A DNA stretch of 64,000 bases from assembly GCA_002709915.1 (NCBI GenBank), contig PARF01000060.1, positions 45,414 through 109,413 on the forward strand, read 5' to 3'. The notes beneath the pieces are model-generated. The model was not told the DNA's origin. It saw only the letters and a program-made list of their open reading frames with translations, and did no database searches. Shown here one piece after another: positions 32,209-42,528 of the stretch (the first letter of the stretch is position 1; every line of letters starts with the position of its first letter). Origin of the DNA: Roseibacillus sp. Its GTDB lineage: Bacteria > Verrucomicrobiota > Verrucomicrobiia > Verrucomicrobiales > Akkermansiaceae. The translations under genes were made by a program, and so were the position numbers.

Positions 32209-34353
32209 CTATTCATCCTCTTCAACCGGTATAGCCACTGGTGCATCATCCACAGGAATAGCAGGCAAAGCCTCCCCCACAGGATCTGCTGGCTCGCCGT
32301 CCTCCTCCCACTTTTCCACAGGAATCGCTTTGAGAATTTTTCCATTCGCCGCTGTCAAACTCTCCTCTTCCGCAACTGGCTGCGCTAAGGGTATTGCCGA
32401 AGAGGAATCCTCGCCATCCTCAATGATGACAAGCGCCTTGGACGGTGGACGAATCATGGTCGCAATGACTTCCTTAAATTCCTCGAAAAAAGCTGGAATC
32501 ATTGGCGCCGCCTTTCTGCCTCCAGAAATGTCTTCTCCCGGATCACCTTCATAAAGTGCTGCGAATGCGAGCCTTGGATTTTCGGCCGGAAAAAAGCCCG
32601 CATACCACGCAACCTCCTGATTGAGTGCTGGAATCCATTGGCCCGTCCCCGTCTTTGCACAAACCTCCGCAAAGGTAAGACTACCCCTCCGTCCGGTGCC
32701 CCACGCCGAATGAGCAACGTCGTACATACCCTGATGAACGATTTGCACAGCATCCGGATCGAGATCAAGAGCATTACGAGACTGTGGATCAGCCGCCGCA
32801 AGGACTCCTCCTGAGGGGTCCTGAACCTGTCGGATCAACTGCAATTTCGGTAATACTGATCCATTTGCTATTCCAGCCATGGACTGCGCCACCTGAAGTG
32901 GAGTAGCTTCCCACGCCTGACCGATGGAATAATTTGCTGTGTCTCCATCGGTGAACGGTCTCCCGTAGTTCTTGAGCACATACTCATTGGTCGGGACTCG
33001 ACCGGAAGATTCGCCGAACAGAGGCAAACCAGAGCGGGACCCGTATCCAAGTTTCCTCGCTGTCGATAGAAATGAACTTGGTCCCGTATCGATGCCAACC
33101 AGATAAAACCAGCAGTTATTCGAACGCGCGAGTGCCCGGGTGACATTCATCAGTCCTTCGGGTTCTTTCGTCCAGTTCCACATCTGAGTGGGTGGATTCG
33201 CACCTACTTCAATAAACTCCGGGCAATCAACCTCCGTCCATTCCTCAACTACTTTCTGGGTTAACGCAGTAAGAGCGACCACTGGCTTGAAGCTTGAAGC
33301 CGGGGGATACAACCCTTGGAAAGCTCGACCAAACATAGGACGGGATTTATCCTCCGTAAGCACTGCCAACTCCTCGTTACTGATACGCGGAATCCAGACA
33401 TTAATATCGTAACTGGGCCTCGAGGCGAGAACCAGAACCTCGCCCGTGGGAATATCTACAACGACGAAGGCCCCGCGCTGGCAGCTCTCTTTCAGGACCT
33501 TTTCCGCGTGCTGCTGCCAATCGAGATTCAGGGTTGTCACCACCGTACGCCCGATCCCGGGTCGCGCCGTTAGTTCATCCCGAATTTTCCGACCATTGGA
33601 ATCAAAAATCAGCTTTCGCTCCCCCGCTTTTCCGATCAGATCCTCATCCATTGTTTTTTCGAGACCGGCGTCTCCACGGGTGTCTTCAAAGAGAAGGTCC
33701 CCATGAGTGATTGGACCAGCAGGCAATCGACCTTTGCTCCTCACATATCCGATGACATGAGCTGCTGAATCTCCTCCCGGATAATGTCGCAGGTAGACCG
33801 GATGCATGATCAAGCCTGGCATAAGTTGCGCCCTGACGATCTTCTCCTCCTCTGGGGGAACGGGCGAAGCCCCAAAAACCAACGGAAGCCAGCGTCGGTG
33901 CTTGTAGTGAGAGAGCAGATCCTTGTCTGTCACTCTGTAATTCTTACCCGCGATCCTTGACGCATGGTTCAAACGCTTCTTCGCCCAATCGAGGATGTCG
34001 GCGTCAACTGGATCGGGAAAATGTGCGAATTGAAGAGCGAGTTGATATCCTACCCTGTTCTCCGCAAGCGGTTTGCCATTACGGTCGGTGATCAAGCCTC
34101 GAGGACCGGGTATACTCAAGGTCATTGTCCTCGCATCAGGGCGCGTGAGCACTGAAGCCTCTTCTCCCGTCCCCCGCTCTGTGATTTCAGCAGGTAGGCT
34201 CCCCGCGTCCTGACCGAAACCAGTCCCCAGAAGGGTTGGCAGCATGAGGAGGAGTAGTATCCAGCACGTTTTCACGGGACCGGGAGAAATTACCGCAGCT
34301 TCAAACTCACGGCAATCCTCAGGATCAATGCCGGAATTAACACAAAACGCCAC
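32209..34353 (-). CDS. Class B penicillin-binding protein (PBP2/MrdA-like transpeptidase)
   Basis: N-terminal TM. RGLITDRNGKPLAEN dimerisation-domain signature. SxxK (ASSFKP), SxN (RSNN), KTG (AKTGTG). GTG start at 34353; an alternative GTG lies at 34275. Confidence 0.85.
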   Translation of the reverse strand: MAFCVNSGIDPEDCREFEAAVISPGPVKTCWILLLLMLPTLLGTGFGQDAGSLPAEITERGTGEEASVLTRPDARTMTLSIPGPRGLITDRNGKPLAENRVGYQLALQFAHFPDPVDADILDWAKKRLNHASRIAGKNYRVTDKDLLSHYKHRRWLPLVFGASPVPPEEEKIVRAQLMPGLIMHPVYLRHYPGGDSAAHVIGYVRSKGRLPAGPITHGDLLFEDTRGDAGLEKTMDEDLIGKAGERKLIFDSNGRKIRDELTARPGIGRTVVTTLNLDWQQHAEKVLKESCQRGAFVVVDIPTGEVLVLASRPSYDINVWIPRISNEELAVLTEDKSRPMFGRAFQGLYPPASSFKPVVALTALTQKVVEEWTEVDCPEFIEVGANPPTQMWNWTKEPEGLMNVTRALARSNNCWFYLVGIDTGPSSFLSTARKLGYGSRSGLPLFGESSGRVPTNEYVLKNYGRPFTDGDTANYSIGQAWEATPLQVAQSMAGIANGSVLPKLQLIRQVQDPSGGVLAAADPQSRNALDLDPDAVQIVHQGMYDVAHSAWGTGRRGSLTFAEVCAKTGTGQWIPALNQEVAWYAGFFPAENPRLAFAALYEGDPGEDISGGRKAAPMIPAFFEEFKEVIATMIRPPSKALVIIEDGEDSSSAIPLAQPVAEEESLTAANGKILKAIPVEKWEEDGEPADPVGEALPAIPVDDAPVAIPVEEDE

Positions 34354-34379
34354 AACTCAAATTGAATTTCTGATCCATA

Positions 34380-37300
34380 TTAATTGGCCTCAACACGGAG
34401 ACGCATAAACCGGGGCGTAACCCCATCGAAGGAAAACAGGTCCTGGGCCTGAATCCATTCCCCCTCGGCTGTAGACCAAATTACAGATTCTGAGACCACC
34501 TCAGGCCCTGCCTCCCAGAAAAGAAGATCTGTGGAGACCTCTGGAACAACTCGAATAGCTTCCGACAGATAGGGACGGAAATACACCATCGTAAGCACTC
34601 CCCCTGGAACAAGGAAAGGAGCTTCGAGAGTATCACTGTCCCGCACCATAGGATTTAGACCCAGGCCAAACTCTGCGAGATTGCTCAACCCGTCCCCATC
34701 CGGATCCGCATTGCTCTGCACAGTCAATTCTCCAGCGCCTCCGAATAGACGTCCTGCCCAGGCACCATAAGAGTCCCGGAAGATAATCGAAACCGTCCCT
34801 CTCTGGATGGCGCCATCCGGAGAAGTAGCTTCCAATACGAAAGTATATCGTCCCGCGACGCTGGCAGACACAACAGTATCTTCGTTATCACTATTTCCAA
34901 ATGTTACCGGAGCAGGACCCTCCAGCTGACTCCACCGGAGCTCAACAGCATCCCGACTCAATGGACCATAGCTTACGGTCGCATCGAGAGTTGCTCCCGC
35001 AGGAAGACTAACCTCCTGATTCACGCCTCCAAAGACAAAGAAGCCGCTGCTGATTCCCGGTGATCCGCCCCCTGATACTCCCGCAGCCCAGCTGCCGGGA
35101 TCGCTCCAGGTATCCGGCTCGAGGGAATCATCGACGATCACCAGAGAAAAACCCTCTCCGTCGGTTGAGGGATACCACCAGTCACGATATGTGAAATCAT
35201 GCACTGCGGCATTGAGCTCGGAGATCTCCAGCCTCAATCGATCATCGTCGTTATCCAGCCGCCCAGACCATTCTCCTAGAACGTTGACATCATCACCATA
35301 AGCCATCTCGAATTCGTTTCTATCGGATACGACTACTGCGTAGGCTCCCGGACCAAGAACGACATCAGGGAAATTGAACCGGACCCCCCTCGTAAACTCA
35401 ACTCCAGCAAGACTGATTTCCGTATCTCCCACATTTCGTAACTCAATATATTCCGAATCGGGAAACTCTGCTGGATGATACATGATCTCCGTGATTCGCA
35501 GGGACTGAAGGACTAAATCCTCACCCGCAAGATCCGACGTATTAGAAAGACCGGGCGTCGGAAGATCAAAATTGCTGAAGAGGGCCGCTCCGTCTGTCCT
35601 GCGGCCCCGAGACTGATCGGGCGCATCACAACTCGCATGGACCCGGTCGATTTCGACTCCATTAACCCCATAAATCGCCAGCCATTCGTGACCAGCTTCA
35701 AGTTTGAACGGCAATTCAGACGGCCCCTCAGCCCCTGCTCCTACTGCCTCCAGCACTAGAAATCCCCCACCCCTAATGAACGTGAGGGCTGGCATCACCA
35801 CCCCACGGTTTGCACTCATTGGATCATTGGTAATTCGGAGTCCCCCGAGTGAGACCGGCAGTGGTTCGGGATTATAGAGCTCCACAAAATCTTCTCCGTA
35901 GATGATCTCTGGTTTACTCATCCACTCATTAATCCGAATTCCCGAAGGGACCCCGAGTGAGTGCACCTGATTGATCGTCGAGGGCGTTGGCATGTTCAAG
36001 CTCCAGCTGGTCTCCGTAGCTCCACCTCGACCGATCGAGAGATCTGGTATTTGCGCTCCGAAGGATACCGAATCAATGAGTCCCCCCGCGGGATCGTAAA
36101 ATAGAACCTGTTCCCCGGCAGCACTGAGAGAGAAGCCAAGCCGGACACCGGGGCCATCTCTTGACTCTGCGTAAAGCACTAATCGCTCACCGGTATCAAT
36201 CTCGATTCCCGGTCCAAAGACGAACTTCCGCGGATCGGACGGATCATCGGAAAGGGAGTATCCTTCGAGGGAGCGCCTCACTCCGGAATTTGCCAGTTCA
36301 ATATAATCCGGAAACCTCCCTTCGACCTCATGCGACGACTCGTTTTGCGCAAGAAGTTCACTCAAATACAACTCGCCCCGGGTCGCCTCTTGCGCGGCCA
36401 AGGTCGCGGGCTCGAGTATGGGAGGCGCTCCTCCAAGCTCTCCATCGACTACTCCTCGCACAAAGGCACGGCGGGCATCCATGAAATTGATCATCTCCTC
36501 GATCACCTCAGACGGCACCCATTCAGTGAGATGATTGATTAACAGCGCATCAAATCTTTCTTTGGAAAAGCTGGTTTCTATCAATTGACGAAGGGCCTCA
36601 AAGTAGCGAACCCTGATTGTAGGCTCTTCAAAAAGTGGAACAAGAGGACCCAGAGATTCTCCTGATCGAACCATATCGAACAAGGTATGCTCAGGATCCG
36701 TAATCCTGGAGTCGTCTCCTCGCCCCAATATTGTGTCCAGATCGTGGGGAATAAATTGAAACCTCGGGTCGAGAAGCCCCCGATACATGCTGTAATCATC
36801 GTCCGTTCCGTTACTTGCGTTCGTCTCTCCATTGGCGATGAGAGCCTCTACAGCAAACCAGCGCATCCACTGATCCAGGTTTGCGACCGATTCTACCTGA
36901 TCAATGTAGTCGGGATCCCCATCTGCCTGATTCATGATCCGGAGAAATTCATCGAGGTCTGTCCAGTCGTCTTCCGACTCATTGGTCTGCTTTCCCCACC
37001 CGTCTCGGGAGTACCGTGCGAGGTCCCCACCCCGGTAAGCCCAGTTCACATCTGGGCGCACCTTCTTGTAGAGATTACCCTGCGCGTCTTCCGACATCTT
37101 CTCATCTATGAATTCAGAGTTCAGAGGCTGAAGATGCACGAAGCTTCCATAATCCTCTTCCGTATCCTGCGCGAGATCCTGCCCATTCCTCCGAATGGCA
37201 ACTCGCTTACTGTCAGGTGCCAGAAGATCGCTCACTTGAAACAGCTTCATGCCAATGAACTGTAGCCACGTAAACTGAGTGTTAAGATTCAACTGACTTT

Positions 37301-40300
37301 CACCATTCCACTTTCGGTCTCTGGGAAGACTTAATCTCATTGGAGGAGGAGTATCTCGCCTGCTACTTGCACCCCGAACCCGGACCCCACAAAGATACCT
37401 TACTACCGGACCACTGCAGTCATCTGCCAGCAGGGTGCAGTTGTGCTGCGCGTTCGAGTCACGATCTATCCGGTTAAACGCACGATTTTCCGCGGCCGTC
37501 ATGATCAAGCGGTAAATCCCTTCTCCGTCCGGATTGGGGGCATCGTCGACCTGATAGTGGAGATTCGCCACCTGCCCTATATCGGTCGGAGCAGGCCACG
37601 TCCTGACATTTTCCCCATCACTTGCTGACAGATAGAACTCAACAATAACCTGATCATCCATGGCGGGCAGAGTAACCCCAAAGACTCCATCGCCCGCCGC
37701 TCCATCGTTATGCAGGCCATCGTCCGACATGACCACTTCCGTAAAATCTACGGGATCCAGCGTAGACACCCTGTAGAAAGCGTTCACAGAAAGACCTTGT
37801 GATGTTGTATCATTCAGACGTGCGCGAATAGTCACCGGATCTGTCGAGCTTGGAACAAGAGGACTGTGACCGACATCCAGAATAAACGGAGCCACCTCGT
37901 TTTCACTCAAGGCGTTGGAATTCACCACTCCGGGGGTAGCCCCATTCTTGCTTGCTCCCCAATTCTGCCCAGACTGATTGGTAAGGGCTGGATAAATAAG
38001 CTCGAGGGATTGTCCCCCACCATCATGCCTTGCCTCCCATGCCCATCCCGGTTCTCCGGTATCGGTCACTCTCGTTCTTTCCGCCCAATCGCCCTGATCA
38101 TAATAGGCCACTTCGTCAACTTGATCTCCGTTATCATCAACGAGGCGAATACGCTCACCACGATTACTAAGGGAGCCGCTCCAACCTCCGACAAGAAGAT
38201 CCACCACTCCGTAAAGGGCTACAAATTCTTGAGTATCTGCCGCCACCACCAGTAATCCACCGGCTGGGATCACAAGATCCGGAAGAACCATTCCAACCCC
38301 TCGGGTGAATTCCCATCCTCCAACGCTCACCGGCCCATCACCAATATTGAGCAACTCAATAAATTCATGTTCTGTTTCCCCACTTTCGGGGTGATACATG
38401 ATTTCGTTGATAACGATCGCATCCGCAGCTCCGCCCACCTGAATGTTTACCGTCTCCGAGCCGGAATAAAGAGACCCATCACCGACCCTGTAGCTGAAAC
38501 TATCGCTTCCCGAAAATCCTGGCGAGGGCATGTAGGCAAATGATCCGTCGCCATTCATTGTCAGCTGACCATGAGCAGGGGCTCTCGTCACTGACACACT
38601 CAGGGAGAGACTATCCACGTCGACATCATTAAGGAGCAGGCCATTTTCAAATCCAATTACCAGCTCCTGATCAGCTATTGCGCGATAGTAATCCACATTC
38701 GCTATGGGAGGATCATTCACCGCTGACACCGCAATCCTGACCACTACCGGATCCGATGAGCGCGCTCCTCCTGCAACAACATAACGGAAGGAATCAGGCC
38801 CCTCGAAATTTTCCTCGGGCGTGTAGGTGAACGATCCATCTGAGCGAAGGTCCAATGCTCCATGTGCAGCCGGGGAAAGCAGGACCGCCGTCAGAAGGTC
38901 CCCCTCCACGTCACTATCATTAGATAAAACCCCTTCCTCAACCGTAACCTCGAGGAGATTGTCCTCAGCAACAACATACTCATCAGGAACTCCTTCCGGA
39001 GCTTGGTCCAAATAAATCCTCACCGTAGTCACAGGTGATGAGAGAGCCCCATCACTGGCTCGATAGCTAAAGGACACCAGACCCGGGTTTTCATCGGCCG
39101 GGCGGTAGAAGAACGCACCATTTGCACTAAGAATCAGCTCTCCTCTTTCAACTCCGCTAACCAACACGGCTTCAAGTACTGACTGATCAGGATCGTAGTC
39201 ATTAGCAAGAACCCCATCTTGTTCATCTACTATGATTAATCCCCCGGGATCCGTCGCGTAGGTATCTTCGATGGCTACGGGAGCATCCGGCGAGTTACTG
39301 ACATTCAAGACAACTTCCACCGCTGAAGACAGGGATGTGCCGTCGAATACAGCATAAGTGAAAGAGTCAGGGCCGAAATAATCACGATTGGGAGTATACG
39401 AAAACGAACCATCTTCGTTCAACACGAGTTCTCCACGAGTTGTGGTTTCCACAAGTGTCGCCTGAATTGCATCACCATCGGGATCTATATCGTTTGACAA
39501 CACACCCTGCTCGGGACCGCGAAAGTATTCTAAATCTTCAACTACCTGATACACATCTGGTGCCGGTTCTGGGATATCATTGCTACCAGGAACAACATTG
39601 ATCGTAACAATCCCGATCGAAGCGCCCTCCTGATTGACAGCTCTGTAAGTAAATTGGTCCTCGCCTTCAAAATTGAGAAGCGGCGCATATGTAAAGGCCC
39701 CGGTCTCATCGAGACTAATCACTCCATTGGCAGGACCCGTTTCAAGAATCGCAACGAGCCCCATCTGGTCCAGATCCAGATCATTTGCGAGCAGTCCCGA
39801 CCTCCGCGCTCTGGTCACCTCAAGCTCGAGATTAAAACTGATATCGGAGCTTTGCCTGTCGCTCTGGTGAATCTCTACTGCGAGGGTATTTTCTCCCTCA
39901 ACAAAGAGGCTCGGAGAAACTTCCGAAAGCTCGATCTCGAGATCTCCGTCATCCTCAGCACTACTCGCAAAGTCACTATACGAAGGGTTTTCTCCAATGT
40001 TATCGCGCCCTACTTCAGTCCCATTTAGGTAGACGACGATCCCATCATCCCGAAAAACACGGCATCGTGACCCTACGATTGAATTTACTGTGTCGACCGT
40101 AAACGTATGGCGAAAATATGTAGTTGGGTTCCTATTCCTCGGGCTTCCCCCAAACCCTACCTCGGTATTTTCATCACCATCACCATAACCCAGTTCGGCA
40201 GGGCCACTCGCCCACTGAGAATCATCAAAATCCGGCCCCCGCCACGCCTCCCCAAGATCAGTACCCGTATCATCGTAGCGCCAATCTGCTCCATATGGGA

Positions 40301-42188
40301 CCACTGCCTCCTCGCCACTCTCTGTTCCCCCTCCGACAATCGCCTGAAGGGTAACATTTTCTCCAACCTCGAAAAAATCGTCTCTGGCAACTGGTGCATC
40401 CGGTCTAGGCCCAATCAACAGGTTGACCCTCGCAGGCTCAGAATTCAACTCTCCATCGCTCGCCCTGTAGGTAAATGAATCGTTTCCAAAAAAGTGTTCA
40501 TCAGGCGTGTACACGAACTGACCGCTCGGATCCAGAGAGAGCGCTCCATGCGTGACTCCCTCGACAAGCAAAGCGGACAGGGCATCTCCCTCGAGATCCT
40601 CATCATTTGCAAGCAGACTATTTGCAGCGACGTCAACAACTAGAATCTCATCCTCTTCGAGTGCAAAGGCTTCAGGAATCGCGACCGGGGCATCATTCAC
40701 CGGCACAACCTCGATAACAACCTCAGCGACTCCGGATCCCCCTGTAACGTCAGCAACCTGATAGGTAAAACTGTCTCTACCAAAATAATCGGGATCCGGA
40801 GTATAAAGGAAAACACCACTCGGGTCCATGTTGACATCTCCATTCACAGGAGGGTCAATAATCGTTACAACAGGATCACTACCGACAGAATCATTACTCA
40901 GGACGCCACCAACCGCTCCGTCTCCCTGCAGAACAAGGACGTCATCAAAATACACATTAACAACCTCATTGCCCCGACTCGTCCCACCACTGTAAGCACC
41001 AAGTGCAATGGTATGACTTCCGGCGTCTAGTGACAGAGTAAAACTTGCAGATCTCCACCCGGAATCTCCTCCGTTATTGATCCGAACCAGTGAATCATTC
41101 ACGTCGCTCCCGTAGCGCACCCCGTCAACCTCCAAGACGGCCTCCCCGAACTCACTTTCTTCCAGTGGATCAGAGTTAACCAGCCTGTATCTGAAATCCA
41201 CTTGAACAGCTGAAGGAGCTGCAATCGTGAAGCTCTGGGTGAAAGCTCCGGAGGTGGCATGGGGACCCGGGACAAATCGATTGTCCAAACCTCCAATGGT
41301 GACCCGCAGCCCCGAACCGGTAAATCCTGTATCAGGATCGATACTGCCGGACGCATAATCGGGCTGATCTGTCCCGAACACATCGTCCGAGAAAACAAAT
41401 CCTCCAGAAGCTCCCACTCCCCCCTCAAGAGTTAGATCTAGACCTACATCGGAGCTCCCGAGATTCGCTTGGTGGACTTCGACGGCAATCGTGTTCTGCC
41501 CCTCCCTCAGAACACCGGCAACATCGAGATCAACGGTAAAGTAGGAGGACTCATCACTGTTCTCTGCCAGAGTGTTTGAGTCAATGACACCATCTGGCAT
41601 GAAAAGAGAGCCGACTTCGACTCCGTTAATAAAGATCACACACCCATCGTCAACCGCGAGATTCGCAACCCACTTTTGCTCACTGACCTCCTCTGCACTT
41701 AACGTGAAGGTATTTCTGAAAAGGTAGGTTGTCACCAAATTCTGACCGTTTGGGCCATCGCCAATTCCCAGCAGAAGATTCGGCGTCGCGGCCGGAAAAG
41801 CCTGAACCACACCTCCCTGCAGGGGGAGAACTCCCGAGCCCCATGGACCAACAGTGGATGAACCAACATCAAAATCGACGCTGTTCCAGTCTCTGCCGAA
41901 TCCATCAACAGGGTAGCCCATTCCAGATCCCAGCTGGTTTTCTATCCGGTCAAGGTAATCCCACTCCCCATCGAATGTCGGAAGAATCAAATTCCCACTG
42001 CTATCCAGATCAGTCGAGATCAGAGGTCCTGATTGGGTATTTAAAGAAAGGTCCTCAACGGTGCTATAGCTATCATCTACCGCCACCGGAACAGCTGCTG
42101 CGGTAACAGTCAGTGAAAGAGACAGAATTCCCCGGGCCCACCTTACAGGCAGACCGAATAGGAATCGTCGAGGGCTGAGGGTTTCCAT
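34380..42188 (-). CDS. Giant secreted multidomain protein: jelly-roll domains, cadherin-like (VNDAP) repeats, four lamin-tail domains, CotH kinase-like domain
   Basis: About 2600 aa. Repeated ..VNDAPVA../..PDAPVA.. modules with DPDGD/NDxD motifs. Four LTD-like segments (INEIMYHPESG..EFIELLN, LSELLAQN..DYIELAN, INEWMSKP..DFVELYN, ITEIMYHPAEF..EYIELRN). CotH-like core (VRVRGASSRR.., LYKKVRP.., FIPHDLDTILG). ATG 42188 (METLSPRR, signal-like) is preferred over ORF start 42269. Confidence 0.75.
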   Translation of the reverse strand: METLSPRRFLFGLPVRWARGILSLSLTVTAAAVPVAVDDSYSTVEDLSLNTQSGPLISTDLDSSGNLILPTFDGEWDYLDRIENQLGSGMGYPVDGFGRDWNSVDFDVGSSTVGPWGSGVLPLQGGVVQAFPAATPNLLLGIGDGPNGQNLVTTYLFRNTFTLSAEEVSEQKWVANLAVDDGCVIFINGVEVGSLFMPDGVIDSNTLAENSDESSYFTVDLDVAGVLREGQNTIAVEVHQANLGSSDVGLDLTLEGGVGASGGFVFSDDVFGTDQPDYASGSIDPDTGFTGSGLRVTIGGLDNRFVPGPHATSGAFTQSFTIAAPSAVQVDFRYRLVNSDPLEESEFGEAVLEVDGVRYGSDVNDSLVRINNGGDSGWRSASFTLSLDAGSHTIALGAYSGGTSRGNEVVNVYFDDVLVLQGDGAVGGVLSNDSVGSDPVVTIIDPPVNGDVNMDPSGVFLYTPDPDYFGRDSFTYQVADVTGGSGVAEVVIEVVPVNDAPVAIPEAFALEEDEILVVDVAANSLLANDEDLEGDALSALLVEGVTHGALSLDPSGQFVYTPDEHFFGNDSFTYRASDGELNSEPARVNLLIGPRPDAPVARDDFFEVGENVTLQAIVGGGTESGEEAVVPYGADWRYDDTGTDLGEAWRGPDFDDSQWASGPAELGYGDGDENTEVGFGGSPRNRNPTTYFRHTFTVDTVNSIVGSRCRVFRDDGIVVYLNGTEVGRDNIGENPSYSDFASSAEDDGDLEIELSEVSPSLFVEGENTLAVEIHQSDRQSSDISFNLELEVTRARRSGLLANDLDLDQMGLVAILETGPANGVISLDETGAFTYAPLLNFEGEDQFTYRAVNQEGASIGIVTINVVPGSNDIPEPAPDVYQVVEDLEYFRGPEQGVLSNDIDPDGDAIQATLVETTTRGELVLNEDGSFSYTPNRDYFGPDSFTYAVFDGTSLSSAVEVVLNVSNSPDAPVAIEDTYATDPGGLIIVDEQDGVLANDYDPDQSVLEAVLVSGVERGELILSANGAFFYRPADENPGLVSFSYRASDGALSSPVTTVRIYLDQAPEGVPDEYVVAEDNLLEVTVEEGVLSNDSDVEGDLLTAVLLSPAAHGALDLRSDGSFTYTPEENFEGPDSFRYVVAGGARSSDPVVVRIAVSAVNDPPIANVDYYRAIADQELVIGFENGLLLNDVDVDSLSLSVSVTRAPAHGQLTMNGDGSFAYMPSPGFSGSDSFSYRVGDGSLYSGSETVNIQVGGAADAIVINEIMYHPESGETEHEFIELLNIGDGPVSVGGWEFTRGVGMVLPDLVIPAGGLLVVAADTQEFVALYGVVDLLVGGWSGSLSNRGERIRLVDDNGDQVDEVAYYDQGDWAERTRVTDTGEPGWAWEARHDGGGQSLELIYPALTNQSGQNWGASKNGATPGVVNSNALSENEVAPFILDVGHSPLVPSSTDPVTIRARLNDTTSQGLSVNAFYRVSTLDPVDFTEVVMSDDGLHNDGAAGDGVFGVTLPAMDDQVIVEFYLSASDGENVRTWPAPTDIGQVANLHYQVDDAPNPDGEGIYRLIMTAAENRAFNRIDRDSNAQHNCTLLADDCSGPVVRYLCGVRVRGASSRRDTPPPMRLSLPRDRKWNGESQLNLNTQFTWLQFIGMKLFQVSDLLAPDSKRVAIRRNGQDLAQDTEEDYGSFVHLQPLNSEFIDEKMSEDAQGNLYKKVRPDVNWAYRGGDLARYSRDGWGKQTNESEDDWTDLDEFLRIMNQADGDPDYIDQVESVANLDQWMRWFAVEALIANGETNASNGTDDDYSMYRGLLDPRFQFIPHDLDTILGRGDDSRITDPEHTLFDMVRSGESLGPLVPLFEEPTIRVRYFEALRQLIETSFSKERFDALLINHLTEWVPSEVIEEMINFMDARRAFVRGVVDGELGGAPPILEPATLAAQEATRGELYLSELLAQNESSHEVEGRFPDYIELANSGVRRSLEGYSLSDDPSDPRKFVFGPGIEIDTGERLVLYAESRDGPGVRLGFSLSAAGEQVLFYDPAGGLIDSVSFGAQIPDLSIGRGGATETSWSLNMPTPSTINQVHSLGVPSGIRINEWMSKPEIIYGEDFVELYNPEPLPVSLGGLRITNDPMSANRGVVMPALTFIRGGGFLVLEAVGAGAEGPSELPFKLEAGHEWLAIYGVNGVEIDRVHASCDAPDQSRGRRTDGAALFSNFDLPTPGLSNTSDLAGEDLVLQSLRITEIMYHPAEFPDSEYIELRNVGDTEISLAGVEFTRGVRFNFPDVVLGPGAYAVVVSDRNEFEMAYGDDVNVLGEWSGRLDNDDDRLRLEISELNAAVHDFTYRDWWYPSTDGEGFSLVIVDDSLEPDTWSDPGSWAAGVSGGGSPGISSGFFVFGGVNQEVSLPAGATLDATVSYGPLSRDAVELRWSQLEGPAPVTFGNSDNEDTVVSASVAGRYTFVLEATSPDGAIQRGTVSIIFRDSYGAWAGRLFGGAGELTVQSNADPDGDGLSNLAEFGLGLNPMVRDSDTLEAPFLVPGGVLTMVYFRPYLSEAIRVVPEVSTDLLFWEAGPEVVSESVIWSTAEGEWIQAQDLFSFDGVTPRFMRLRVEAN

Positions 42189-42528
42189 CGGGGACTTCGG
42201 GGGGCAGGAGCTTAAAACTCCGAGGACTTGAGGGAGGATATACCACAACGGTGGAAGCTGCACAGCCAATACCCAGTATTACATTGGGCCTGGTTCTGAA
42301 TAGAACCACTCTTCCTCTCCCCCCCGTGGGTTACTCCTTGACAGGGCGCTCCGGCATCCAAATCTGGAAACCTTTGCATCCGATAGATACCAGTCCCCGC
42401 GGGAACCCCCGATTTTGCAGGGAGGAAAGACAGCTCCTGCCCCCAGTATTGGGAAAACCTCGGGCTACTTGAGCTGTTCTTGCTTAGATCGCGTCACCGG
42501 GCTAAACCCTCAAAAATCCAACCAGCCC

